14,945 bases of DNA from Candidatus Heimdallarchaeota archaeon B3_Heim (lineage in GTDB: Archaea; Asgardarchaeota; Heimdallarchaeia; Hodarchaeales; Hodarchaeaceae), in contig NJBF01000061.1 in assembly GCA_003144275.1 (NCBI GenBank), forward strand, positions 1 through 14,945. The letters are read 5' to 3'. Shown one piece after another: positions 7,592-14,945 of the stretch (within the stretch, counting starts at the first letter, position 1; every line of letters begins with the position of its first letter). The notes beneath the pieces are model-generated. The model saw only the letters and a program-made list of their open reading frames with translations. It did not search any database and had not been told where the DNA came from. Made by a program: the position numbers and the translations under genes.

Positions 7592-8368
7592 ATGGAATCA
7601 CTTGCAGTTTCAACAAATAATCTAACAAAGATTTATAATCAGGGGAAGGCTAGTGAAGTAGTAGCTCTCAATAATTTTAATTTGGGAGTAAAAAAAGGAG
7701 AAATATATGGGCTCTTGGGTGGAAATGGAGCTGGGAAGACAACTACAGTTAGAATCCTGACCACAATGATTCGAGCAACTTCCGGTAATGCAAAAGTATT
7801 AGGCTATGACATCATTACAAATTCACGTGAGGTTCGCCAGATAGTTGGATGTCTCCCTCAAGATGCTGGTTTATATGAAGAATTCTCTGCTATAGAAAAC
7901 CTTGATTTCATCGCTCAACTAAGGGGATTGGATAGTGAAAAACGAAAGGAACAGAGAGAAGAATTGATCCAGTTGGTTGGACTAGAGAAAAGAAAAAACG
8001 ATAGGGTTGAAACTTTTTCGGGTGGAATGAAAAGGAGATTGATGATAGCCCGATCTATGATTGGTAACCCAGAAATCCTGTTTCTTGATGAACCAACAGC
8101 AGGAATTGATGTATTAGTTTCGAGAAAGGTAAGAGAACTAATTAAACAACTAGCCATTAATAAAAAAATTACTACAATAGTTTCAACCCACGACATGATT
8201 TTCGCAGAAAGGCTATGCGATAGAGTAGGCATAATTAGAAAGGGAAAACTAGTAGCAGAAGATACACCGTCCGCAATTGTCGAAAAATATGGAGATGGTG
8301 GAGACTTGGAAGATGCAGTAGTACATCTCATTGGTTGGGTAGGAGATGAAGAGGGGGAATTAGCATAA
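7592..8368 (+). CDS. ABC-2 type exporter ATP-binding protein (NatA/drug-exporter-like)
   Basis: Walker A GGNGAGKT, signature FSGGMKRR, Walker B LFLDEPT, H-loop STHD. Start is ATG 7592 or 7568. Confidence 0.93.
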   Translation: MESLAVSTNNLTKIYNQGKASEVVALNNFNLGVKKGEIYGLLGGNGAGKTTTVRILTTMIRATSGNAKVLGYDIITNSREVRQIVGCLPQDAGLYEEFSAIENLDFIAQLRGLDSEKRKEQREELIQLVGLEKRKNDRVETFSGGMKRRLMIARSMIGNPEILFLDEPTAGIDVLVSRKVRELIKQLAINKKITTIVSTHDMIFAERLCDRVGIIRKGKLVAEDTPSAIVEKYGDGGDLEDAVVHLIGWVGDEEGELA

Positions 8369-8369
8369 A

Positions 8370-9686
8370 ATGTTTCGTGAAGCTTGGATTATAGCAAAAA
8401 AGGAGATTAAACTATTATTCAAATCCACGCGACGTATTCTACTCCTTTTTTCTATGCCATTAGTTATTTTGTTCATTTTTGCAGCTGGTGTTTTTATTGC
8501 AGGTGTCATGCCTGATTCCATGGATTCTCAAATAGAAGTTACCATTATCAATGATGATGCAGGATTCAATAATCAAAATTGGGGAGATAATTTCTATGCT
8601 CTATTAAAAAGCATGGAGAATACTAAGTCTTATGAGTATATTAATGAAACAATAGATAAATTAGATAGTTTGATTGAGGAAGGAAAATTTGAAATTTTGA
8701 TATACATTCCCGCGAATTTCAGTCAAATTATCAATCAGTCCAATGTTGAACAACCATCAGTCATTTTCATTTATTATGATAATTCAAACGCTCAAAATGA
8801 GGAGGCAGTATTAAATATTAGCTATACGACCTCAGCTGTAAATCAACTAGTAATATACGTTGATTATGGATTAATTAATCTTAATAGGGTGTCAATTACT
8901 TCAACTGGAACTAGTAAAGGAGCGGGGGCACTGATAGCATCATTGTTGACAATGATACCGTTGTATCTTATAATATTTCTCGTCATTCCTCCCCTAACCC
9001 TTGTCCTTATTTCAGTCACAATTGAAAGAGAACAAAAGACGCTCGAAAGTCTACTATTACAGCCTATAGACCGAAAGAATATCATTGCTGGCAAAATGCT
9101 TTACGGAGTGATCCTCGTTAGTTTTAATATCGTTACAAATTTAATTACTGTTTCACTTGCAGTAGCAGGAAGCTTGCTCTTTGTTATACCGGAAGATGAT
9201 CGTAATGAAATCGGTTCCACTATTCAATCTATTATAGCAGAAACAGGTTTTAGCGTCTGGTTTTTCATCACTTGGTTTATTCTTGGTTTAATACTAGTAT
9301 CAATCATTGTAATTGCTACTGCAGTATTGTTCAGTTTAATGGCTAAAGATGAAAGGGAAGCCAACATGGTAATTTCGTCGGTCATTATCTTACCTTTACT
9401 AGGAACCTTATTGATTATGTTTGTTCCGATTGGGGATCTTCCGGGAATTTTTCAATATATACTTGTTGGGATCCCATTATTGGGCTATTTATTTGCTGTT
9501 TATCTATCATTTTTAGCTGGTGAGATACCAATAGTGTCGTGGTTGAGCTTAGTTTTTCAATTCCTTTGGATTATTGTCATTATATGGTTAGCTGGCAGAC
9601 TGATTGAAAGTGAAGGTATTTTAGAAATTTCCTTTAAAAGAATCTTATCTAAAAAGAATATTCTGTTTTTCCGACGAAAAAAGTAA
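8370..9686 (+). CDS. ABC-2 family permease (NatB-like)
   Basis: N-terminal TM, large extracytoplasmic domain, then about 5-6 TM. Motif EREQKTLESLLLQPIDRKNIIAGK. Starts 1 nt after the ATPase stop. Confidence 0.9.
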   Translation: MFREAWIIAKKEIKLLFKSTRRILLLFSMPLVILFIFAAGVFIAGVMPDSMDSQIEVTIINDDAGFNNQNWGDNFYALLKSMENTKSYEYINETIDKLDSLIEEGKFEILIYIPANFSQIINQSNVEQPSVIFIYYDNSNAQNEEAVLNISYTTSAVNQLVIYVDYGLINLNRVSITSTGTSKGAGALIASLLTMIPLYLIIFLVIPPLTLVLISVTIEREQKTLESLLLQPIDRKNIIAGKMLYGVILVSFNIVTNLITVSLAVAGSLLFVIPEDDRNEIGSTIQSIIAETGFSVWFFITWFILGLILVSIIVIATAVLFSLMAKDEREANMVISSVIILPLLGTLLIMFVPIGDLPGIFQYILVGIPLLGYLFAVYLSFLAGEIPIVSWLSLVFQFLWIIVIIWLAGRLIESEGILEISFKRILSKKNILFFRRKK

Positions 9687-9697
9687 AAGAGGGGTAC

Positions 9698-9712
9698 TTT
9701 TTTTCTTTTTTT
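9698..9712 (+). terminator. Double oligo-T terminator
   Basis: T7-C-T7 starting 12 nt after the stop at 9686. Confidence 0.6.
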
Positions 9713-9801
9713 GAGATGATAATTCGCTAGGGTATTATTAACAAATATTTCTAGGTGATTTTTTTAAATATCTCCTTTATTATTAATTTAGGGGCTTACC
9801 A

Positions 9802-10842
9802 ATGTCAGAAAAAAAATTAGACGAAATTGAAACAATGTTCAAGACAGCTACAAAACCAAAAACGATAATAGATAAATATCCTGTAATCGAGCACATTGGT
9901 TGTATCTTAGATTCTTCTACGCAAGGTTTTAATGCACTCCAAGTAGCTTCATCACTAGCCCTACGTCTAAAGACTAAATTAGATATAATTGTAAGCGAGG
10001 ATTTTCATAAACCTCTAAGATTAGTGCTGGAATCTAATGATAAAGAACTGGAAACACTATCAACAACAGCAAGAGATTTTGTGAAGGGAACGGAAGATCT
10101 AAAGGCTAATATCAAGCCTATAATTTCTGATAAAGTCCAACAAGCTTTTGATTTGTTCTTTCAAAAAAAAGCAAGTGAAGATGAAACCCTTTTCGGTAGA
10201 TTGGTAGAACACATAAAGACCTCTGGTATTCAAGTGTGTGTTTTGGGGGTTCCACTTTTCGTTCGAAGCGATATAGAATGGGAATCGATGGGAACTTACG
10301 TCTTAAAACTTCTTCGAGAAAGAGAGCTTCATGCTAACTGGCTTTTGGTCTCTGCGAAGCAGAATATAATTGCTGATAGCGTTTTAGCATTTGTTTCCGT
10401 TGAACAACAACCTGCCTCCATCATTGCTCTGTATCGTCGAGCCTTATCTTTTGCTACCGAACATACTAATTTTAAAATAGTAGGTATCGTGGAAGATAAT
10501 GTTATTGAAACATTAGCTAGACTGGAAATTTCAGATGATTCGTCTGATGTACCTGATTTAGAAAGCGCAAGAAATAAATTAGTTACCAATATGGAAGAAA
10601 CACTTGGATCAATTCAGCTCCAAAGTGAGATAGACGATGTCATCATAGAAGGATCCCCTACTTGGGAAGTGAAGAGTGGACATATCGCTGAAATAGTCCG
10701 TGAATATATAGAGTCTGAACATCCAGGAATTGTCTTTGTGAGAAGTGTGGCTGAAATATCAGAGAACCTCGATCCATTTGCAGAGATAGTAACCAGGCAA
10801 GTCTTACAAGAAGGATTCAATTGTCTAATTGTTTGGGATTAG
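9802..10842 (+). CDS. Tandem universal stress protein (USP)-like domain protein
   Basis: Domain 1: HIGCILDSSTQGFNALQVASSLA...VCVLG...MGT...WLLV. Domain 2: SVLAFVS...ALSFA...VKSGHIAEIVREY...GIVFV...NCLIV. Both follow the USP alpha/beta pattern with degenerate nucleotide-binding motifs. Confidence 0.7.
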   Translation: MSEKKLDEIETMFKTATKPKTIIDKYPVIEHIGCILDSSTQGFNALQVASSLALRLKTKLDIIVSEDFHKPLRLVLESNDKELETLSTTARDFVKGTEDLKANIKPIISDKVQQAFDLFFQKKASEDETLFGRLVEHIKTSGIQVCVLGVPLFVRSDIEWESMGTYVLKLLRERELHANWLLVSAKQNIIADSVLAFVSVEQQPASIIALYRRALSFATEHTNFKIVGIVEDNVIETLARLEISDDSSDVPDLESARNKLVTNMEETLGSIQLQSEIDDVIIEGSPTWEVKSGHIAEIVREYIESEHPGIVFVRSVAEISENLDPFAEIVTRQVLQEGFNCLIVWD

Positions 10843-10851
10843 GGAATTATC

Positions 10852-12195
10852 TTGGTAGTTACGCTAGACCCGTTACATGTCGTGGTAGTTCTCATTATCT
10901 TCCTCCTGACTTATATTGGTATAATAAATCCTAAATTTGACAAGACTCTTGCTGCTCTCCTTGGAGCTGTCGCTGCAACAATTGTGCTCATTTTTCTAAG
11001 GATTCCAGATTCACATGCTTCTACGGGATACGTTTCCGAACAGAGTTTACTTCATTTCACCGATGCTTCCATAATTGCATTAATAATCGGAACACTGATC
11101 ATAGTTGATATAGCACAAAGTTCTGGTGTATTCCATTTTTTAGCTATAAAAATTCTTAAAGCAAGTAAAGGAGATCCTCAAAATCTGTTAATCTATTTTG
11201 GTGCTCTTACTTTAATTTTATCAGCGTTAGTTAATAATATTTCAGCCATGATGATCGTTGGGTCATTGACAATCTTAGCATGTGAGCGTTTAGATTTAGA
11301 TCCAAAGCCCTACATAATTACAGAGCTTTCGATGACCACAGCGGGAGGAATCATGACTCTCATTAGCTCAGTACCCAACATTATTATTTCACAACCATTC
11401 GAGATCGATTTTGTGACATTCTTAATCATTGGTGCTCCCCTAGGAATTCTCACAATGGTCATTTCCTTTGTGATATTCATTCCGATGTTTAATATAAGGA
11501 GAGCTAAAGATCCTGAAGTAATGAGATTAAAAGTAGAAGAATTTGATGAATGGTCAGCTGTCAAAAGTCGCACAGCTTTCAATCGTTCAATCATCGTTTT
11601 AAGCATAACAATACTTGGGTTTGTATTCAGTCAGCAACTTGGTGTTTCACTGGCGATGGTTGCTGTCGCTGGGGCGGTGATTATGATTGTAACTTCCGGA
11701 AAGAAACTTGAATATATCTTTGAGAAATTAGATTGGCATCTAGTAGCATTTTTCTTAGGACTATTCATATTAATTAACGCTTTAGACATAGTCCACATAC
11801 TAGATTTTATCGCTGAAGCGCTAGCAGCCATCCTCCCTGAAGATGATTTTTTTGCTGCTACAATCCTTCTTTGGTTTATCTCCGTTATTTCTGGTATAGT
11901 CGATAATATTGTTGTTGCAGCCGCTTTTGGACCAATCTTACTCGATGTAGCTATCACAGAGGGTTATTCACAGGCATTATTTGCTTGGGCAGCTATTTTT
12001 GGAGCAAATTTTGGTGGAGGAATAACACCAATCGGTGCACCATCTGCAGTAGTGGGATTGGCCATTCTTTACCGAAAAACTGGCGAAAAAATTGGCTGGG
12101 GCGAATTCATTAAAACACAAGGACTAGCAACAGTCGCGAGACTGGTGATAACCACCGTTTATCTTGGAATACTGTTCTCGCTCGGGTTTTTTTGA
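10852..12195 (+). CDS. ArsB/NhaD (ion transporter superfamily) permease, P-protein-like
   Basis: About 11-12 TM. Motifs LSALVNNISAMM, ISSVPNIII, SGIVDNIVVAAAF, GANFGGGITPIGAPSAVV. TTG start 9 nt after the USP stop. Confidence 0.88.
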   Translation: MVVTLDPLHVVVVLIIFLLTYIGIINPKFDKTLAALLGAVAATIVLIFLRIPDSHASTGYVSEQSLLHFTDASIIALIIGTLIIVDIAQSSGVFHFLAIKILKASKGDPQNLLIYFGALTLILSALVNNISAMMIVGSLTILACERLDLDPKPYIITELSMTTAGGIMTLISSVPNIIISQPFEIDFVTFLIIGAPLGILTMVISFVIFIPMFNIRRAKDPEVMRLKVEEFDEWSAVKSRTAFNRSIIVLSITILGFVFSQQLGVSLAMVAVAGAVIMIVTSGKKLEYIFEKLDWHLVAFFLGLFILINALDIVHILDFIAEALAAILPEDDFFAATILLWFISVISGIVDNIVVAAAFGPILLDVAITEGYSQALFAWAAIFGANFGGGITPIGAPSAVVGLAILYRKTGEKIGWGEFIKTQGLATVARLVITTVYLGILFSLGFF

Positions 12196-12731
12196 AACAA
12201 AGAATAAATGCTCTCTAATTGAATTGAAAATTCCTACCAAAAACGAATATTTCTCAACTTCGTCAAACTGTTGTTATACCCATAATGTAAAGCAAAAAAA
12301 TATACATTTATAAAAGTGAAATAACTGATAGATTGAGTTTAATTGTGATTAATTCATTAGAAAATGATCCAAAAAGGGAAAATAAGTTTTCATTTGAAGC
12401 AAAACTCGAACCCTTTTTTAAGACCATAATAGATATTTTATATCACATCCTCATTGGATTTAGCAATTGAGCACTATTAATCAATTACTGCTTCCTATAA
12501 AGCTTAAGATACTTGAGAAAATAATGAAAAAGGAAATTTTATTATGAATTTGATGAAGAATGAAATAAGCAGGAATTCGATATTTTTTTGAGTAGTCTTC
12601 TCATGAACATTCCTCAAAAGAAAAAGAAAGTTAAATGGTGAAGACACAATAACGAACAGAAACAAAATAAATCCACGGAATATCATAAATTTCAGTTATT
12701 TGCGGAAAGCCCCCATTACCAAAATTAAAAG

Positions 12732-13391
12732 GTGAGAAAAATAAAGAATGCTGATCCAAGTGAACCAATAGAATTCAATTTTTTCAACGAGCTAGGCCGA
12801 AAAGTGGTTCATTTATCAGTTTTAATTATACCGTTTTCATATCACGTACTTAATTTTGAAATTTGGTTTATACTTCTTGGCCTTTTCAGTGTTTTGTGTT
12901 TTTTTATACCGATAGAGCTGTATCGGTTAAAGATTAATCAAAATACAAGGTTAAATTTATTTATGAGAGAAGCAGAGAAAGAAGATCCAGCAAACTATAT
13001 CTTCACTACTCTTATTTGGCTGCTTGTTTTACTTGGTGTTGATCTGTTTTATCCAATGGAGATTGCAGAACTTGCTTTAGTAGCAACTGTACTAGGTGAC
13101 TCTGCAGCAGCTCTTATTGGTAAAGGAGTAGGAAAACGTCGTTTACCTTTTACTCAGGAAAAAACGGTGGAGGGGTACATTGGTGGAGTGTTTTTCACAT
13201 ATATAACCGGATATCTTTTTCTATATATTATAGGATCACCTTCTTTAGGCCTTCCCCTCTTACCAGCCATAGCTATTGCATTTCTTGATTTTTTTGAAAA
13301 TTTGCCTTTTTGGGCGGCTGATAATCTTTTTCATCCTTTAATCTCAATTTTTTTAGCATATTTCCTAATTCTCTTTGACATAATTAAGTAA
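12732..13391 (+). CDS. SEC59/DGK1/VTE5-family CTP-dependent lipid (prenol/dolichol/diacylglycerol) kinase
   Basis: ELGRKVVH, GDSAAALIGKGVG, KTVEGYIGG and DNL motifs in a hydrophobic 219-aa ORF. The GTG start is uncertain. Confidence 0.85.
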   Translation: MRKIKNADPSEPIEFNFFNELGRKVVHLSVLIIPFSYHVLNFEIWFILLGLFSVLCFFIPIELYRLKINQNTRLNLFMREAEKEDPANYIFTTLIWLLVLLGVDLFYPMEIAELALVATVLGDSAAALIGKGVGKRRLPFTQEKTVEGYIGGVFFTYITGYLFLYIIGSPSLGLPLLPAIAIAFLDFFENLPFWAADNLFHPLISIFLAYFLILFDIIK

Positions 13392-13394
13392 GAA

Positions 13395-14007
13395 ATGTAA
13401 ATCAGTGATTAGAAATACTGTATTATTCTGAAAAATTGCCTATTAAAGTGGGATTATCCGATTTGAATTGCATAAACTACAGATATTATTACTGACGAAA
13501 CATCTTTTACAGTAAGGAGTATTGCATGAGGGATTAGCACATTTCATTATAGCAATGTCTCCACAAGTATAACACCTTTTTTCGATCCAAATATTCCATG
13601 AGAACGACTAAAACGTTTAATTCTGTAATAGATTATTATCAGAATTAGGAATGTAATTAGAAAAAATTGTTGTTGATTATAGTTCTTCTTTACCGTTTGA
13701 ACTTTTTTATCAACGGTTAATTGAGGAAGGGTATCGTCATTTCTTTAAAAATGATATGATTAGAAAGGAGTTAATAGTCTTCTTTACTCAAGAAGGTTGG
13801 AAATATCATGAATTTAAACTCGTAAGTCAGTACAAAATTACTCTGAACCTTCTTGTTCGTTTCATAAGGAATAAGATCTTTTCTCATCAACGAAAAATCC
13901 CAGAAGAGATGTATATAATTGGTTTAAAGCATCTATATCGCGAATTAGAAAATCGGGGGATCAATCTAACCCAGGAAATCGCAATCCCTCACATGCCCAT
14001 CTATTGA
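13395..14007 (+). pseudogene. Decayed gene; the called 83-aa ORF 13756..14007 is its 3' fragment
   Basis: The frame is stop-free from 13657 to 14004 (LEKIVVDYSSSLPFELFYQRLIEEGYRHFFKND-MIRKE...). It is preceded in frame by FCNRLLSELGM* (TAA 13654-13656). A 1-nt shift near 13620 links it to ...TPFFDPNIP*ERLKRL (TGA 13599-13601). The 5' boundary is uncertain. Confidence 0.55.
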
Positions 14008-14030
14008 TGTTTTTTCCATCTTAGACTTTC

Positions 14031-14747
14031 CTAGCTCTTTATTTCTGCCGTATCAGTTCGGGAATGCAGAAAAGTTTTTTCAAAAAGTGTGTAGAGTACT
14101 GCGAGAAATACTAGGAATGTATATAGCGCTAAAAACCAATCCAGGAGGTTTAAAATAAGAATTATCCAAAAAATGTATACATGACTATGAGAAATACCCT
14201 CGGGTTCATTTAAGAGTATGTTTCCTCTTATTGCCATCATGCTGAGCCATCCTAATAGTGAATACATGACAAAAAGAGTAAACCAAACATCTAATGTTAT
14301 AATTGAGGTTGAATCCAACTGAAGAGTGAAAAAACCATCAGAATCTTGTATGTGAAATCCTAAGGCTAAGAATAGAGGGATAGCTTTCCCATCTTCTAAC
14401 GCACTATCTAACCATGAGCCTATCTTACTTGAATTTTCTCTCATTCTTGCTAGCTGGCCATCCACACAATCTAAGATAGCGGAGATCCAATAACAAAAAC
14501 CAACAAGAAAGAGGAGAAAAATATTATTTTCGGCAATAAAAAGAATTCCAGCTCCAATAAGTACAATTATGAATCCTACCCATGTAATTCGATTTGGCGT
14601 AATTACATTTATTGGATAGATCAAGTTTGTTATTGGTGTCGCAATTCTCCTACTAATACGGAACGTGAAATCCTCCTTCTTATATGCGTCATCCTCACTT
14701 TTTTCTATATTAGGTTTCCCATATGCTAAAAGACGTTGTAAAGACAT
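14031..14747 (-). CDS. CDP-alcohol phosphatidyltransferase family protein
   Basis: TPNRIT and DCVDGQLARMRENSSKIGSWLDSALED, matching DxxDGxxAR...GxxxDxxxD except that E occupies the fourth Asp position. Confidence 0.9.
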   Translation of the reverse strand: MSLQRLLAYGKPNIEKSEDDAYKKEDFTFRISRRIATPITNLIYPINVITPNRITWVGFIIVLIGAGILFIAENNIFLLFLVGFCYWISAILDCVDGQLARMRENSSKIGSWLDSALEDGKAIPLFLALGFHIQDSDGFFTLQLDSTSIITLDVWFTLFVMYSLLGWLSMMAIRGNILLNEPEGISHSHVYIFWIILILNLLDWFLALYTFLVFLAVLYTLFEKTFLHSRTDTAEIKS

Positions 14748-14803
14748 AGATTTTTAACCTCTGAAGATGAATTTAGTACAAAATCCTCTTATCTCAAAAA
14801 TCA

Positions 14804-14813
14804 TTATATAAAA
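14804..14813. promoter_or_regulatory. Candidate TATA box in a divergent intergenic region
   Basis: ttatataaaa reads as a TATA-like element on both strands, between the starts at 14747 (-) and 14898 (+). Confidence 0.35.
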
Positions 14814-14897
14814 TTTTAGAGATTTCGTCTAAATTGTTGAACACCACCGTTGACCTTTAAAGAGAAAACTAGGAGATCTTGACCCTAGAAATCATCA

Positions 14898-14945
14898 ATG
14901 GCCACAGCTGAAATAGTAAACGATAAGGAATGCGCCATTGATGTT
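14898..14945 (+). CDS. Probable N-terminus of a gene running off the window (MATAEIVNDKECAIDV)
   Basis: ATG at 14898, 16 open codons to the edge, divergent from the 14747 gene. Too short to assign. Confidence 0.4.
   Translation, partial: MATAEIVNDKECAIDV

Noticed and set aside
10-11957. Shadow ORFs 10..291, 1204..1407, 4738..4971, 6121..6396, 6499..6726, 7915..8331, 8864..9094, 10329..10589, 10614..10820, 11310..11606, 11631..11957
   Set aside because: All lie antisense within well-supported genes, have Ser/Ile-skewed composition and show no motifs.
10852-12195. arsB arsenic-resistance gene
   Set aside because: Superfamily membership only; no arsR, arsC or arsA nearby.
12504-12686. 60-aa Phe/Ile-rich minus-strand ORF
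   Set aside because: Its composition is what A-rich plus-strand DNA gives when read antisense; no motif or operon context.
1-14945. CRISPR array, tRNA/rRNA, IS element or integrase
   Set aside because: No regularly spaced repeats, cloverleaf or rRNA-like segment, transposase motifs or terminal inverted repeats with target duplications were seen by eye.

Overview
AT-rich (roughly one-third GC, by eye), gene-dense prokaryotic window. It is most consistent with an Asgard archaeon, possibly Heimdallarchaeia. This is inferred from a longin + tandem winged-helix protein, a PGF-CTERM-like surface anchor and oligo-T terminators. Gene order: 5'-truncated surface-anchored serine hydrolase (beta-lactamase/PBP fold); polytopic membrane protein with a C-terminal zinc ribbon; stand-alone TIR-like protein; FetAB/UPF0014-type ABC pair whose permease is a full-length 255-codon frame broken by two in-frame TAA codons; small membrane protein coupled (TAATG) to an NPRL2-like longin-wHTH-wHTH protein; ABC-2 (NatAB-like) exporter; tandem USP-domain protein plus ArsB/NhaD (P-protein-like) permease; SEC59/DGK1/VTE5-family kinase; a decayed gene; CDP-alcohol phosphatidyltransferase; and the probable start of a divergent gene. 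No rRNA, tRNA, CRISPR array or mobile element was seen. The best leads are the membrane protein + NPRL2-like module, the orphan TIR-like protein, and gene decay that the ORF track hides. All family assignments are by motif recognition only; no searches were run.
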